Shown: positions 28,015 through 38,195 of the stretch, piece by piece
How the letters are laid out: each line of letters begins with the position of its first letter
How positions within the stretch are numbered: the first letter of the stretch is position 1
Source: Gemmatimonadota bacterium
GTDB taxonomy: Bacteria > Gemmatimonadota > Gemmatimonadetes > Gemmatimonadales > Gemmatimonadaceae
NCBI GenBank assembly: GCA_052389935.1
Contig: JBQTHK010000032.1
Location: forward strand, 48,084 to 112,083
Direction: 5' to 3'
DNA length: 64,000 nt
Translations under genes and position numbers: made by a program
The notes under the pieces: model-generated
What the model saw: the letters and a program-made list of their open reading frames with translations, nothing else
Told to the model about the DNA's origin: nothing
Database searches by the model: none

Positions 28015-29331
28015 CTCAATTCGCTCGGCTTCCGATCTTATGGTTGCCGCTTCGCCGATCAGCCGCCGCTGCAAGTCGGGTCTACGCCTGAAGAGAAGCC
28101 AGGTACGCGCACGACCGAGGACGCGTGGCCATCGATCGGTGAGCCAGAAGTCAACGAAGGCGGCAGCGGGCAGAGACAGCGTGTAGACAGTGGCGCCAAT
28201 CCACCCGACGACATAGAGGGCAACGAGGACGGCCGAGGCGTAGAACAGAAGGACGAACACCAGGCCCGCGATGATCGTTCGCATCGCCGGTTCGGCTCTG
28301 CTCGACGCAGCCTTTCCGATTCGCGTCGCGAGTCTCAATGGGAGGAAGTGATTGAGACGGCCCCATAAGGCCGCCGGCAGACTAATACCAAGCAGCAAGA
28401 GCTCGCGTCCGGTGAAGAGGAGTCCCGATCGAAGATCGGTTTCGACCCAAAGCTCGGTAACCGGTACGGCGAGTTCCTCGAGCTCCCGCCGGAATCGGAA
28501 CAGCCGGTCCAGCAGTGCGTCCACCTGAACCCGGGCCTCACGCTCTGGTGCCGCCGCACGGAGAGCGCGCTCAACCCTGTCGACCACACTCAACGTCCCG
28601 CCGAGCGAGACGTGCTCATCGTCGAGCGGAGCGACGCGCTCGACGAGCCCGGACAATGCGGTCGAGATTTGCAGGATCCGTGCTGCTTCTTCGTGACTGG
28701 TGAAGTTGAGGGTCAGCGATCTGAGTTCTCGGTCGATAGTTGCGGTCAACGAGCGCACGGCATCGGGAAGCGGACCGCTGGCTTCGGAGACCGTTATCGG
28801 ATGACCGAACCTGACGGCGACCCTCGTCCTTGGCCGGTCCTTCTGCTCGAACGTCAGCCCCACGGGCACGATCACCAGCGGGTTCACACCTTCGGCTCTG
28901 GCCGATAGTGCCATTCTTGCACAACCCGTTCGCAACCCGGAAAGTTCAGCGTCATCGTGGCTCCTGCCTTCAGGGAAGATCAACACAGTCGACCCGGTAC
29001 TCAGCGACTGGGTGACGGCCCTGAATGCCTCACGATTGCGGTCGGCCGCGGCCGCACCTTCTTCATCCGCGACCCGACGCAGGGGAATCACACCGGCGCC
29101 ACGGAGGAACGAGCCGAGGATGGGATTGGCGAAGACTGTCGACTTGGCTGTCATGCGGATCCGGCGATCGGTACTGCCACCGACAACCAGCGCGTCAACG
29201 AGCGCGTTGGGGTGGTTGGCGGCCAGAATCACCGCACCGGTTTCAGGAACCCGGTCGGCGTCGAGAACCTCGATCGACCGGTAGTACCAGGCCAGAGCGG
29301 TCCGGCTGAGAAGTCGGAGGAGTGCGTACAG
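27994..29331 (-). CDS. PlsC-family acyltransferase with C-terminal membrane extension (start uncertain; CTG 29331 proposed)
   Basis: NHx4D motif in AANHPNALVDALV, plus FPEGRSHDD. The family-typical region upstream of the first canonical start (GTG 29232) is in frame. Confidence 0.75.
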   Translation of the reverse strand: MYALLRLLSRTALAWYYRSIEVLDADRVPETGAVILAANHPNALVDALVVGGSTDRRIRMTAKSTVFANPILGSFLRGAGVIPLRRVADEEGAAAADRNREAFRAVTQSLSTGSTVLIFPEGRSHDDAELSGLRTGCARMALSARAEGVNPLVIVPVGLTFEQKDRPRTRVAVRFGHPITVSEASGPLPDAVRSLTATIDRELRSLTLNFTSHEEAARILQISTALSGLVERVAPLDDEHVSLGGTLSVVDRVERALRAAAPEREARVQVDALLDRLFRFRRELEELAVPVTELWVETDLRSGLLFTGRELLLLGISLPAALWGRLNHFLPLRLATRIGKAASSRAEPAMRTIIAGLVFVLLFYASAVLVALYVVGWIGATVYTLSLPAAAFVDFWLTDRWPRVLGRARTWLLFRRRPDLQRRLIGEAATIRSEAERIESAVTAG

Positions 29332-29335
29332 TGGA

Positions 29336-30682
29336 CTAACTCGTTACAGCGGTCAGCTCCCGCTCCGCGTCCCTGGCCTGCCGGCGGCCTTCCTCCACGT
29401 CGACACGGGTAAGTATCCACGCTCCAACCGCGAAGAAGACGATCACACCGAGAATGGCGGGGCGGCTCGTACCTGTTTTGGTGACGACGATGGCAAAGAG
29501 GAGCGGTCCGAAAACCGATGCAAACTTCTCAAAAACGGAGTAAAAGCCGAAGAACTCCCCGGACTTGTGTGCCGGAATCATCGTCGCGAACAGCGAGCGG
29601 CTCAAGGCCTGCGTTCCACCCTGAACCATCCCGACCAGCCCCGCCAGAATGTAGAAGTCGCGCGCCGACTTCATGAAGTAGCCGATGATCGAGATCAGTG
29701 TGTAGACGAGCAGCCCGAGGAAGACCGCCCGCTTGGCTCCGATCCTCTGCGCCAGCGAACCAAACAGGAACGCGCAAGGAATGCCCACGACCTGCACTAT
29801 GAGGATCGCGACAATCAGTGAGTTCTGCCCGATGCCGATTTCCGTACCGTAAGCGGTGGCCATCCTGATAATGGTCTGAATCCCGTCGTTGTAGATCAGG
29901 AAGGCGAGCAACATCAGAAATGCCTGCTTGAACCTGCGCAGTTCACGAATAGTCTCGAATAACCGGACAAAAGGTGTGGTGAACAACGAGACGCCACCAC
30001 TTTCGTCGGCCTCCAGCGTTCGCGGCGGCTCTCTGACTCTTCTCAGCAGGGGAAGCGAAAAGAGAAGCCACCACACCGCGACCGAGATGAATGCCAGCCT
30101 GACCGGGAGCGTCCTTGCTGATTCATCGAGACCCTCACCCGAGGGAAGGCCAAAAGTGCCGGGCGACAGGATCCACGCCAGGTTGAGGGCGAGCAGCACC
30201 GCGCCACCGATGTATCCCATTGCGTATCCCGCGCTCGAAACCCGGTCCATTTCCTCGACGGAAGCGAGATGGGGAAGTAACGACTCGTAGAAGACGACGC
30301 TCGCTGTAGCTCCCACGGTGGCGATCACATAGAGCCACGCCGCCATCACGTGATCGCCCCGGCCGAGAAAAAACATCATCGAGACCGCAGCACAGCCGAG
30401 CAGCATGAATACGAACAGCAGCCGTTTGCGAGCGGCAGCGACGTCGGAGACCGCCCCCAGCACGGGCGAGATTACCGCGACAACAACGGCAGCAATTGTA
30501 TTGGCGGTTGCCCAGGCCGCTGTCGCCCGGGCGGGCGTAAGCGTGGCCGCCGTCACACTGACGAAAAAGATCTGAAAGACCGCGACCTGAATCGTCGTTT
30601 GAAACGACGACACAGCCCAGTCGTACATCGCCCATGCCCTCAACTCCGGGCGATTGAGGCCAAGCCGGTCGAGAAGCTTCAC
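29336..30682 (-). CDS. MFS transporter, Atg22/UMF1-like
   Basis: About 12 TM helices with the N-terminal AWAMYDWAVSSFQTT signature. GTG 30682 (MKLLDRLGLNRPELRAW...) is preferred to ATG 30757, which would overlap the divergent gene. Confidence 0.75.
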   Translation of the reverse strand: MKLLDRLGLNRPELRAWAMYDWAVSSFQTTIQVAVFQIFFVSVTAATLTPARATAAWATANTIAAVVVAVISPVLGAVSDVAAARKRLLFVFMLLGCAAVSMMFFLGRGDHVMAAWLYVIATVGATASVVFYESLLPHLASVEEMDRVSSAGYAMGYIGGAVLLALNLAWILSPGTFGLPSGEGLDESARTLPVRLAFISVAVWWLLFSLPLLRRVREPPRTLEADESGGVSLFTTPFVRLFETIRELRRFKQAFLMLLAFLIYNDGIQTIIRMATAYGTEIGIGQNSLIVAILIVQVVGIPCAFLFGSLAQRIGAKRAVFLGLLVYTLISIIGYFMKSARDFYILAGLVGMVQGGTQALSRSLFATMIPAHKSGEFFGFYSVFEKFASVFGPLLFAIVVTKTGTSRPAILGVIVFFAVGAWILTRVDVEEGRRQARDAERELTAVTS

Positions 30683-30751
30683 GTCACTCGTGCGGCTCTC
30701 AGACGATACCTCAAGGTTGACTGCTTCCTTTGAGCAGCCCGAGATTGAGGC

Positions 30752-31687
30752 ATGCATTCCCGCCCCGGCACCAAAGCGCTCGCTCTCGCGTTCATCATTC
30801 CATTCGCCGGCTGCGGGCCAGGGGGTGAAAGGGCGCCGAACGATACGACCACGGAGTCACCGGCGCCACCGCCATCACTGGACACCTCAGCCATCCTTAG
30901 TGCACCGATCTGGGACGCGGACCTCGGCGACGAACTTCTGATCCCGGGCCCCACCCCGCGGTCAGCATGGGTGATCCTCGCGGCGTTCGACGACAACAGA
31001 TCACTTGATTCGCTTCCCGCGAACGCAACGGTCGTACGCGGCCTGCGCTTTACCATGTTCGCCGAGGGCCATGAACGGGGCGAGATCGCCGCTGACGCAC
31101 CTCTGTTCGTGGACGTGCCTGACGACTGTTCGGCGTGGCCGCTCGTGCAACTCGACGGCGCCGTGCCGCCCCGTTGGGAGGTGGGGCTGCGGACGGGTGC
31201 TGTTCTTCCCTTCACCAGCGACTCGCTGCCCTCACTCTCCTCGGCGGATTCCGCCACCCTAACGAGGGAAATCGCTCGCGTCGCGTCCAGCGCACCCGGC
31301 GACACCGTGAGCGCTCTCTCGGGCATCCCCTATCGTGTCCGGGGGGCCAATCGAATAACCGCTGACAAAGGTGGACACATCCTCTTTGCGGAGGTCGGCC
31401 GGGTCCTCAATCAGGAAGCCAACCCGCTGACCGAACACGTTCTGCTGATCGCGCGCCGCGACTCCGCGTCACGGCGACTGACGCTCGACTACAGCGAGCG
31501 TGCATCCGGAAGCGAGGCAGAAGTGGAGTCGGCGGAGCTGACGTTCGCGGGCCGCCTCAGAAACGGTGATGTTCAGCTCCTGATTCTTACGCGGTACATC
31601 GCGGACGGTGTCTTTTACACCATCCTGGAATCGCGACAAGGCCGTCCGTGGCAGCACAAATGGACGAGCACATACGCAGGCTGCTGA
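30752..31687 (+). CDS. hypothetical lipoprotein
   Basis: Lipobox-like ALALAFIIPFAGCG. High GC3. No family recognised. Confidence 0.55.
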   Translation: MHSRPGTKALALAFIIPFAGCGPGGERAPNDTTTESPAPPPSLDTSAILSAPIWDADLGDELLIPGPTPRSAWVILAAFDDNRSLDSLPANATVVRGLRFTMFAEGHERGEIAADAPLFVDVPDDCSAWPLVQLDGAVPPRWEVGLRTGAVLPFTSDSLPSLSSADSATLTREIARVASSAPGDTVSALSGIPYRVRGANRITADKGGHILFAEVGRVLNQEANPLTEHVLLIARRDSASRRLTLDYSERASGSEAEVESAELTFAGRLRNGDVQLLILTRYIADGVFYTILESRQGRPWQHKWTSTYAGC

Positions 31688-31688
31688 T

Positions 31689-32645
31689 TCACTTCGCCGA
31701 GTCAGCCTCGCGGGTGTTTCGACCGAGCATCGCCGGCGCCCGCGTTGCCACGAAGCTCCAGCCGAATGCCGGCCGCCGCTCCCAGCTGATCGCCAGCACC
31801 AGGAGCGTCAGAACGTAAGGGAGAGCGAGGAACAGCTGATAAGGGAGACCGGACCCCGTGGCCTGGAGTTGAACCTGCAGAGCTGACGCGGCGCCAAACA
31901 GAAGTGAACTGCCGAGTACCCAGGCCGGATGCCAACGACCGAGGGCAACGATGCCGATGGCGATGAAGCCGCGACCGGCGGACATCTGCTCAGCAAAGGT
32001 GCCGGTCTGGGCGAGGACAAGTGTGGCACCACCAAGACCGCCGAGTGCGCCACCGGTGAGGAGAGCGGCCCAGCGAACGCGTTGCGGGTCGATACCCGCT
32101 GCAATGGCGGCGGGTGGATATTCGCCAACTGCGCGCAGCGACAGTCCGGCGCGCGTTCGAAATACGACCCAGGTGCACGCGACCGTGGCTGCATAGAGGA
32201 GGTAGGTCAGTACTGGCTGATGAAACAGCGCAGGCCCGACCACCGGCAACGAGGAAAGGATCGGCACTTCCACCGGCGCAAGCGTGGGGAGCGAGAGTCC
32301 GATACCAGTCGATCCGAAGGCCGACCGATAGAGAGTACCGGTGAGGCCATAAGCGCCGATCGTCAGCGCCGTTCCGGCGAGGATCTGATCGGCGCGCAAC
32401 GAGATGGCGAACACGCCGAACACGGAGGCGAGCGCGACACCAGAAAGACAACCCAGAGCAACGCCCAGCCAGACGTTGCCGGACGCGGCGCCGATAGCGG
32501 CCCCGAGGCAACCGCCGATGATGACGCCCTCCAGGCCGACGTTGATGACCCCGGCGCGCTCCGACACCGCTTCACCAAGCGCAGCAAACGCCAGCGGGGT
32601 TGCGGCCCGGACCATCGCCGCGAAGAACTCCTCGAAGCCAATCAT
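31689..32645 (-). CDS. ABC transporter permease (BMP/nucleoside-type system, second permease)
   Basis: Polytopic membrane protein of the BPD/branched-chain-type permease family. 4-nt overlap with the upstream permease. Confidence 0.85.
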   Translation of the reverse strand: MIGFEEFFAAMVRAATPLAFAALGEAVSERAGVINVGLEGVIIGGCLGAAIGAASGNVWLGVALGCLSGVALASVFGVFAISLRADQILAGTALTIGAYGLTGTLYRSAFGSTGIGLSLPTLAPVEVPILSSLPVVGPALFHQPVLTYLLYAATVACTWVVFRTRAGLSLRAVGEYPPAAIAAGIDPQRVRWAALLTGGALGGLGGATLVLAQTGTFAEQMSAGRGFIAIGIVALGRWHPAWVLGSSLLFGAASALQVQLQATGSGLPYQLFLALPYVLTLLVLAISWERRPAFGWSFVATRAPAMLGRNTREADSAK

Positions 32646-33709
32646 GCTTTCGCGTGCGAAGTATCACCAGGGCCACGCGAACCGCCCGATCGTGAGCCGA
32701 CCGCTGCCGCTGCCACGGCCGCGAGGATCACTACCGCTTCGACGACAGAAGCGATCACCGATGGCACTCCGGCCTCACGCTGCATGGCAGCGCCACCGGC
32801 GGCGAGCGCGCCGAAGAACACGGCAGCTCCAATGACCCCAAGCGGGTTGAGCCCGGCCATCAAAGCAACCGCGATGGCCGTGTATCCATAGCCCGGCGAG
32901 AGATTTTCGTAGAGGGCAAAGGTTACGCCCGTCAACTCGATTCCTCCCGCCACCCCAGCAAGCGCTCCGCTGAGAAGAAACGCCCGGAAAGTGACTTTCG
33001 GGACATCAACCATTCCGGCCGCAGCCGCCGCGTCCGCTCCGGCACCACCTGCCCTGATCCGGAACCCCGGGGCGGTACTGCGAAGGAACCACCACGCAGC
33101 CGTTGCCAGCAGTATCGCGAGCACAAAGCCCAGATGCAGGCGTGAGCCGGCGACAAGACCGGGCATTCGGGCCTCTGCCGGGATCGAGGGCGACTGCGGA
33201 AAAACGCCCGTGGGCTCCTGCAGCGGCCCCCTGACCAGAAAGCCGACCACGTGGAGCACCACAAAGTTCATCATGATCGTCGAGACCACCTCGAGTACGC
33301 CGAAGTACCGCCTCAGGACAGCCGGTATCAGCGCCACCAGAGCGCCACCGGCAGCAGCGGCGACGATGGCAGCACCAAGATCGAATGGTCCGCTGGTGCC
33401 TGAGGGGGACAGCACGACAGTCGCCATCACAGCACCGGCGAGAAGCTGACCCTCGGCACCGATGTTGAGAACGCCGGCCCGAAAGGCAATTGCCACGGCC
33501 AGCCCGGCGACGATCAGCGGTGTCGCCCGCACCAGGGTAGCTGAGAGGATCGCGTCGATCGATCCAAACGCCCCACGAAGGGCCGCGCCCAGGGCAGCTC
33601 CGGCATCGTAACCCCCAACCATCAAAAGCAGGGGAATGAGCATCACGCCCGCGGTCACACCGGCCGCGAGCCCAATCGGAAAACGGTTGAACCTGCGTCG
33701 CATATTCAA
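32642..33709 (-). CDS. ABC transporter permease (BMP/nucleoside-type system, first permease)
   Basis: Polytopic membrane protein, 355 aa, with the same family signature (LNIGAEGQLLAGA). Confidence 0.85.
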   Translation of the reverse strand: MNMRRRFNRFPIGLAAGVTAGVMLIPLLLMVGGYDAGAALGAALRGAFGSIDAILSATLVRATPLIVAGLAVAIAFRAGVLNIGAEGQLLAGAVMATVVLSPSGTSGPFDLGAAIVAAAAGGALVALIPAVLRRYFGVLEVVSTIMMNFVVLHVVGFLVRGPLQEPTGVFPQSPSIPAEARMPGLVAGSRLHLGFVLAILLATAAWWFLRSTAPGFRIRAGGAGADAAAAAGMVDVPKVTFRAFLLSGALAGVAGGIELTGVTFALYENLSPGYGYTAIAVALMAGLNPLGVIGAAVFFGALAAGGAAMQREAGVPSVIASVVEAVVILAAVAAAAVGSRSGGSRGPGDTSHAKA

Positions 33710-33752
33710 CTCGTCGAAAGCCCGAAATGGCCGACGAACACGACAATGTCGC

Positions 33753-34967
33753 TCACACCGCTCCAGCTCTGTCAGTCTCGAGGCGCTTGAGTCGTGTCAT
33801 GCAGAAAATCCCGAGCAGGGGCCCGATCACCAGCGGGACATAAGCAAACTGCCAGCCGAACCTGGCGCTCCACATCGGGACGAGCCCGATCGTGACCGTC
33901 GTGAGGAGGAATCCGAGAGCGGTCTGGACCGTGACCGCCGTTCCCACCCACGTCGGAGGCGCAAACTCGGTCACCGACGCGGAGAATTGCGCCGAATCAG
34001 CAACGATCGACATTCCCCAGAGAATGGCAATCAACAGAAGGAGGGCCGAAGAAGTAAAAACGGCAGGACCAATGAGGAGACAGCAGGCGCCACTGAGGGC
34101 CATTGCCACTATCGTAACGACAGAGCGTCCGGTGCGATCGGCAACGATCCCTGCAATGACGGATCCTACGGCTCCCGCGGCTATCGTGGCAAAAGCGGCC
34201 AGCGACGACATCGCTTCAGGCCACGCGCGTGCACTCCCCACCGAGGCGAAGAAGAATCCGATCGAGCTCCACATGGCATAGAGTTCCCACATATGCCCGA
34301 GGTACCCTCCCGTCGCCAGCAGCACCCCGCGATTCGACAGCACACTGCGCAACGCATGCGGATCGAAAGGAGCAGATGGCGTCTGAAACGGGCCCTCGCG
34401 CACGAGGACGGCGAACAGAAATGCCGCCGCAACCGCGCACCCCGCAGCCAGCAACACCACTGCTCGCCACTCGTCACCGCCACCAGACACCCTAAGCAGG
34501 TGAGGCATGGCCGACCCGAGCGTCGTGCCCCCAACTATCAGTCCGATCACAAGCCCTCGGCTGCGGGTTGTCCAGCCGGCGGCGAGTTTAATAGCAGGGG
34601 GATACACGCCGGCCATTGCAGCACCGGCGACGATTCGCGCAGTCACCACGACTGAAAAAGGGAGTTCGTCCACGGCAAGAAGGGCCGTCGCCAGTGCCGC
34701 GACCAGTGACGCAAAGGCGGCGAGGCGGGCCGGTCGCAGTCTGTCAGCGAGGAGCCAGACGGCGCTGGCTGTCGATCCCAGCACAAAACCCAACTGTACG
34801 GCCAACGTCATCCAGATGGCGCTCGAGGCTCTCCAACCGGCATCCATCGCCATTGCCGGGCCCACAACCGTTGCACTGAACCATGGCGTCATACCCAGCA
34901 CAACGGCGAGTACGAGAAGCGACAGCTCCAATCCAACTGAGCCTCGGCGCATGGTGGTGGCTTTCAC
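33753..34967 (-). CDS. MFS transporter
   Basis: 404 aa, about 12 TM helices. The start overlaps the ATPase stop by 4 nt. Confidence 0.75.
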   Translation of the reverse strand: MKATTMRRGSVGLELSLLVLAVVLGMTPWFSATVVGPAMAMDAGWRASSAIWMTLAVQLGFVLGSTASAVWLLADRLRPARLAAFASLVAALATALLAVDELPFSVVVTARIVAGAAMAGVYPPAIKLAAGWTTRSRGLVIGLIVGGTTLGSAMPHLLRVSGGGDEWRAVVLLAAGCAVAAAFLFAVLVREGPFQTPSAPFDPHALRSVLSNRGVLLATGGYLGHMWELYAMWSSIGFFFASVGSARAWPEAMSSLAAFATIAAGAVGSVIAGIVADRTGRSVVTIVAMALSGACCLLIGPAVFTSSALLLLIAILWGMSIVADSAQFSASVTEFAPPTWVGTAVTVQTALGFLLTTVTIGLVPMWSARFGWQFAYVPLVIGPLLGIFCMTRLKRLETDRAGAV

Positions 34968-36406
34968 CGCGCGACAGCGCCAAGCATTGCCGAGCCAACT
35001 GCTTCCCGAGTGTAGGGCGGAGGAAGGTCGATGATCTGGCCGCCGCGCACTACGATAATCCGATCCGCCACCTCGAGGAGTTCATCGAGATCGGTCGAGT
35101 AGAGAATGACGGCCGTCCCCACGGCGCCTGCCTCGCGGAGCGCCGAGCGAACAGACGCGGCCGACCTGACATCCAGACCGCGTGTCGGGTTTTCGGCAAC
35201 GACCAGTTGGGGCAGCGGGAGAAGCTCTCTGCCCAGGAGCAGGCGCTGCTGGTTGCCTCCTGACAACGTTCCGACCGAATCGTCCGCGCTGGTACCGCGA
35301 ACGTCGAAGTGTGTCACGATCCGGGCGGTCAGGTCGCGTAGCGCGGCCCAGGGCATCGCCCCTCTCTGCCTCGACAGTCCTCTGAGCGCCACGTTTTCAA
35401 CCGGGTTGAACGAGGGAATGATTCCCTCGCGATGCCGATCCTCGGGTATGAACCCGATAGCCGGTGGCAACCGGCACGAGCCCGCCTGCGGCAGGACACG
35501 CCCGCTGAGGATGCGCAGAAGCTCCTTCTGTCCGGCGCCCTCGATCGCTGCCACTCCGACGATCTCACCGGAGCGCACTTGCAGGGAAACGGAATGGAGC
35601 CCGTGGCCGGTCACGCGCGAGATGGACACCGAGGAGAGTGAAGCGACAACCGGCTGTTCGCGGGTCTGGCCGACTGCACGGCGGGTGGCGGGGACGAGGG
35701 CACCTCCAATCATCTCGTTGACGAGGAGATCGCGCGTCGCTTCACCGCGGGGGTGGGAGCCTGCCGTTACTCCGTCGCGCAGCACGGTGAGTTCATCACC
35801 TGCCGCCTCTGCTTCGGCCAGCCGATGCGTGATCAGGACCACCGTACCGCCGTCATTGACAAACCTGCGAAGCCATCCGAGGAGCTCTGCACTCTCGCTG
35901 GGAGCGAGCACGGCCGTCGGCTCATCGAGAATCAGTGTTCGAGCACCACGCGCGAGTACCTTGAGGATCTCGAGCCGCTGTTGTGCCGATACGCTCATCT
36001 CGATCGCTCGCAGCCGCGGATCCACGACAAGACCGGTCGCCGCGCCCAGATCGCGCAGAACGCTTTCGGCAAGAGCAAGATCGAGTCGTCCCTCGAGGCT
36101 GAGCGCGACGTTTTCCGTACCAGTCATCGTCGGCACGAGCGCAAAGTGCTGGTGCACCATGCCTATCCCTCGGGTGATTGCGTCGCGCGGACTCTTCAGG
36201 CGCTCCACCCGTCCTTCGAACATGACCTCGCCGCTATCCGGCTGGATTTCTCCGGACGCGATTCGCATCAAGGTTGTCTTGCCCGCTCCGTTTTCCCCCA
36301 GCACGCAATGAATCGTGCCGCGTTGAACGTTCAGTGTGGCGCCACGGAGGGCCTCCGTACTCCCGAAACTCTTGTAGACGTCCCTGAGCGCGAGGACGGG
36401 CGTCAC
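34964..36406 (-). CDS. ABC transporter ATP-binding protein, tandem-ATPase sugar/nucleoside type
   Basis: Walker A GENGAGKTTLM, signature LSGGNQQR, and Walker B LILDEPT. 480 aa with two NBDs. Confidence 0.9.
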   Translation of the reverse strand: MTPVLALRDVYKSFGSTEALRGATLNVQRGTIHCVLGENGAGKTTLMRIASGEIQPDSGEVMFEGRVERLKSPRDAITRGIGMVHQHFALVPTMTGTENVALSLEGRLDLALAESVLRDLGAATGLVVDPRLRAIEMSVSAQQRLEILKVLARGARTLILDEPTAVLAPSESAELLGWLRRFVNDGGTVVLITHRLAEAEAAGDELTVLRDGVTAGSHPRGEATRDLLVNEMIGGALVPATRRAVGQTREQPVVASLSSVSISRVTGHGLHSVSLQVRSGEIVGVAAIEGAGQKELLRILSGRVLPQAGSCRLPPAIGFIPEDRHREGIIPSFNPVENVALRGLSRQRGAMPWAALRDLTARIVTHFDVRGTSADDSVGTLSGGNQQRLLLGRELLPLPQLVVAENPTRGLDVRSAASVRSALREAGAVGTAVILYSTDLDELLEVADRIIVVRGGQIIDLPPPYTREAVGSAMLGAVAR

Positions 36407-37176
36407 GATCCCGTCGGCAGGAGCAGGAATCGGGAGGGAAGATCAAAGTGCTGTCCGATGAGCGCCGCCAGCGCTTCAACGCCAGGTGTTTCGGTCGCGT
36501 AGTGACCGCCGTAGATGATCGTCAGTGCGCTGTCGGCGGCGTCAACGGTTGTGTGGTGCGGACCTTCACCGACGATGAGAGTATCAATTCCTTCGCGAGC
36601 GGCTGAGGCTATCTCCGCACTCCCGGCACCGGCTCCGGTAACAATCGCCCAACGGCGCGTGACTGCACTGCTGGCAAAGGCGGAAGCACGCACCACGCCA
36701 CCTCGGGCGGCGGAGTAGGCACGAACCAGTTCAAAGAGGTCTGCCGTAGGAATCTCCGCGCGACCGGAGCAGCCAATCGCCTTTCCTCTGTAGTGCCCGA
36801 ACTGGCCGCTGACAGTGAGCCCCAGATCGCGCGCCAGCCGCGCGCAGTTGCCGACATCGGGGTGCGCGTCCAGTGGCAAGTGCGACGAGTAGACGGCGAT
36901 GTCATTCCTGATGAGGGTGTCGAGGCGGAGCCATGCAGCTCCAACAATTGGCTGCAGCCCACCCCAGAAGATTCCGTGATGAAGAACGAGGAAGTTGGCT
37001 CCGGCGGCGATCGTCGCATCGATCGTGGCACGGGAAAAGTCGACGGCCGTCGCGACGCCGGTGACGGGTCCGTGATGATCGAGCTGGAGACCGTTCAGGG
37101 CCCGGTCGTAGTCCTCGAACGCATTGGTGTCGAGGAGGCCGTCAAGGAAAGCTGCGACCTCGAGCGACGTCGGCAC
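36403..37176 (-). CDS. NIF3/YbgI family dinuclear-metal-centre protein
   Basis: NGLQL...TAVDFSRATIDATIAAGANFLVLHHGIFW and C-terminal GHYATE are typical of the NIF3 family. Confidence 0.85.
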   Translation of the reverse strand: MPTSLEVAAFLDGLLDTNAFEDYDRALNGLQLDHHGPVTGVATAVDFSRATIDATIAAGANFLVLHHGIFWGGLQPIVGAAWLRLDTLIRNDIAVYSSHLPLDAHPDVGNCARLARDLGLTVSGQFGHYRGKAIGCSGRAEIPTADLFELVRAYSAARGGVVRASAFASSAVTRRWAIVTGAGAGSAEIASAAREGIDTLIVGEGPHHTTVDAADSALTIIYGGHYATETPGVEALAALIGQHFDLPSRFLLLPTGS

Positions 37177-38183
37177 TACCGGGTCGTCGTATCGCGCGAG
37201 GCCACGGTCACGACCAGAGCGCCGGACTGAATCGCGCGCTCGACTGAATCGACTGACTGTCGCACCAGATCGGGGACAGAGGCGGCTGCAGCGGGGTTGT
37301 GGACGAAGCGGACAACCTGCGACGAAGCTCCCAGAGCCACCACACGCGGCGAGAACGAGCCATCTCTGATCTCGCGGCCAATCGTGTGGAAGGCGAGCGG
37401 CAGATCAATTACGACGCTGCCGAGTGTAACTTCGGGTGCGATGTGATTCTGATCGGCGTTTGAACCGAAGACCCAGACTCCGCGTCGCTCGCGAGCCGCC
37501 TGAAAAACGCCCAGTCCGGCCGCATCCGCGTTCTGGAAGATGACGTCCACTCCGCGCCCGATAAGCGCCAAAGCCTGCTCCTTGCCGGCTCCGGGATCGT
37601 CCCAGTTGCCGACGTAGGAAACGATCACCTGGACGTCGGGTCGAGCTGCCCGTGCACCGGCAGCGAAGGCGTCGAAGCCCGCCCTGACCGGCGGGAGTTC
37701 CGTGCCGCCGACTCCACCGACCATTCCCGAGTGCGTCAGGAGTCCGGCCATAACACCGGCGATGTACGCCGGTTCTTCGAAGGCGAAGCGGATGCCCGCA
37801 ACGTTTGGTCCGGTCGTGGTACCCGAGGTCGTGATGTAAAGCGTGTTTGGGAAATCCGGAGCCACCCGCATAGCGGCATCCTGAAACTCGAAGCCGTGCC
37901 CGAAGACTGCTGTATATCCCTCTCGGCCGTATTGACGGAAGTTCTCCTCGAACTCGGCGGGGGTGCGCGTCTGGATGTGGCTGACACGCGCCCCGAGCGA
38001 GTCGCGCATTCGGAGAAGTCCCTCGTAGGCCCCGCCGTTCCAGGACTGGTCGGCGATGGAGCCCGGCGTGAGCAGAGCGACCGAAAAGGGCGCCTCATCG
38101 CCTTGCCCGCCGGTGCCGCAGCTGATGATCGCGACGACCAGGACTAAAGAGACTATGCGGTGAATCACTGCTCGCGATCCCAC
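37176..38183 (-). CDS. BMP family ABC transporter substrate-binding lipoprotein
   Basis: Lipobox VVAIISCG. LLTPGSIADQSWNGGAYEGL is typical of the Bmp/PnrA/Med family. Confidence 0.85.
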   Translation of the reverse strand: MGSRAVIHRIVSLVLVVAIISCGTGGQGDEAPFSVALLTPGSIADQSWNGGAYEGLLRMRDSLGARVSHIQTRTPAEFEENFRQYGREGYTAVFGHGFEFQDAAMRVAPDFPNTLYITTSGTTTGPNVAGIRFAFEEPAYIAGVMAGLLTHSGMVGGVGGTELPPVRAGFDAFAAGARAARPDVQVIVSYVGNWDDPGAGKEQALALIGRGVDVIFQNADAAGLGVFQAARERRGVWVFGSNADQNHIAPEVTLGSVVIDLPLAFHTIGREIRDGSFSPRVVALGASSQVVRFVHNPAAAASVPDLVRQSVDSVERAIQSGALVVTVASRDTTTR

Positions 38184-38195
38184 GGTGAAAGGTGG

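Noticed and set aside
33636-34655. 339-aa plus-strand ORF rich in Arg/His/Glu
   Set aside because: Antisense to a well-formed 12-TM MFS transporter CDS. Shadow ORF.
35106-36311. 401-aa plus-strand ORF
   Set aside because: Antisense to the ABC ATPase, which has clear Walker and signature motifs. Ser/Arg/Pro-rich shadow frame.
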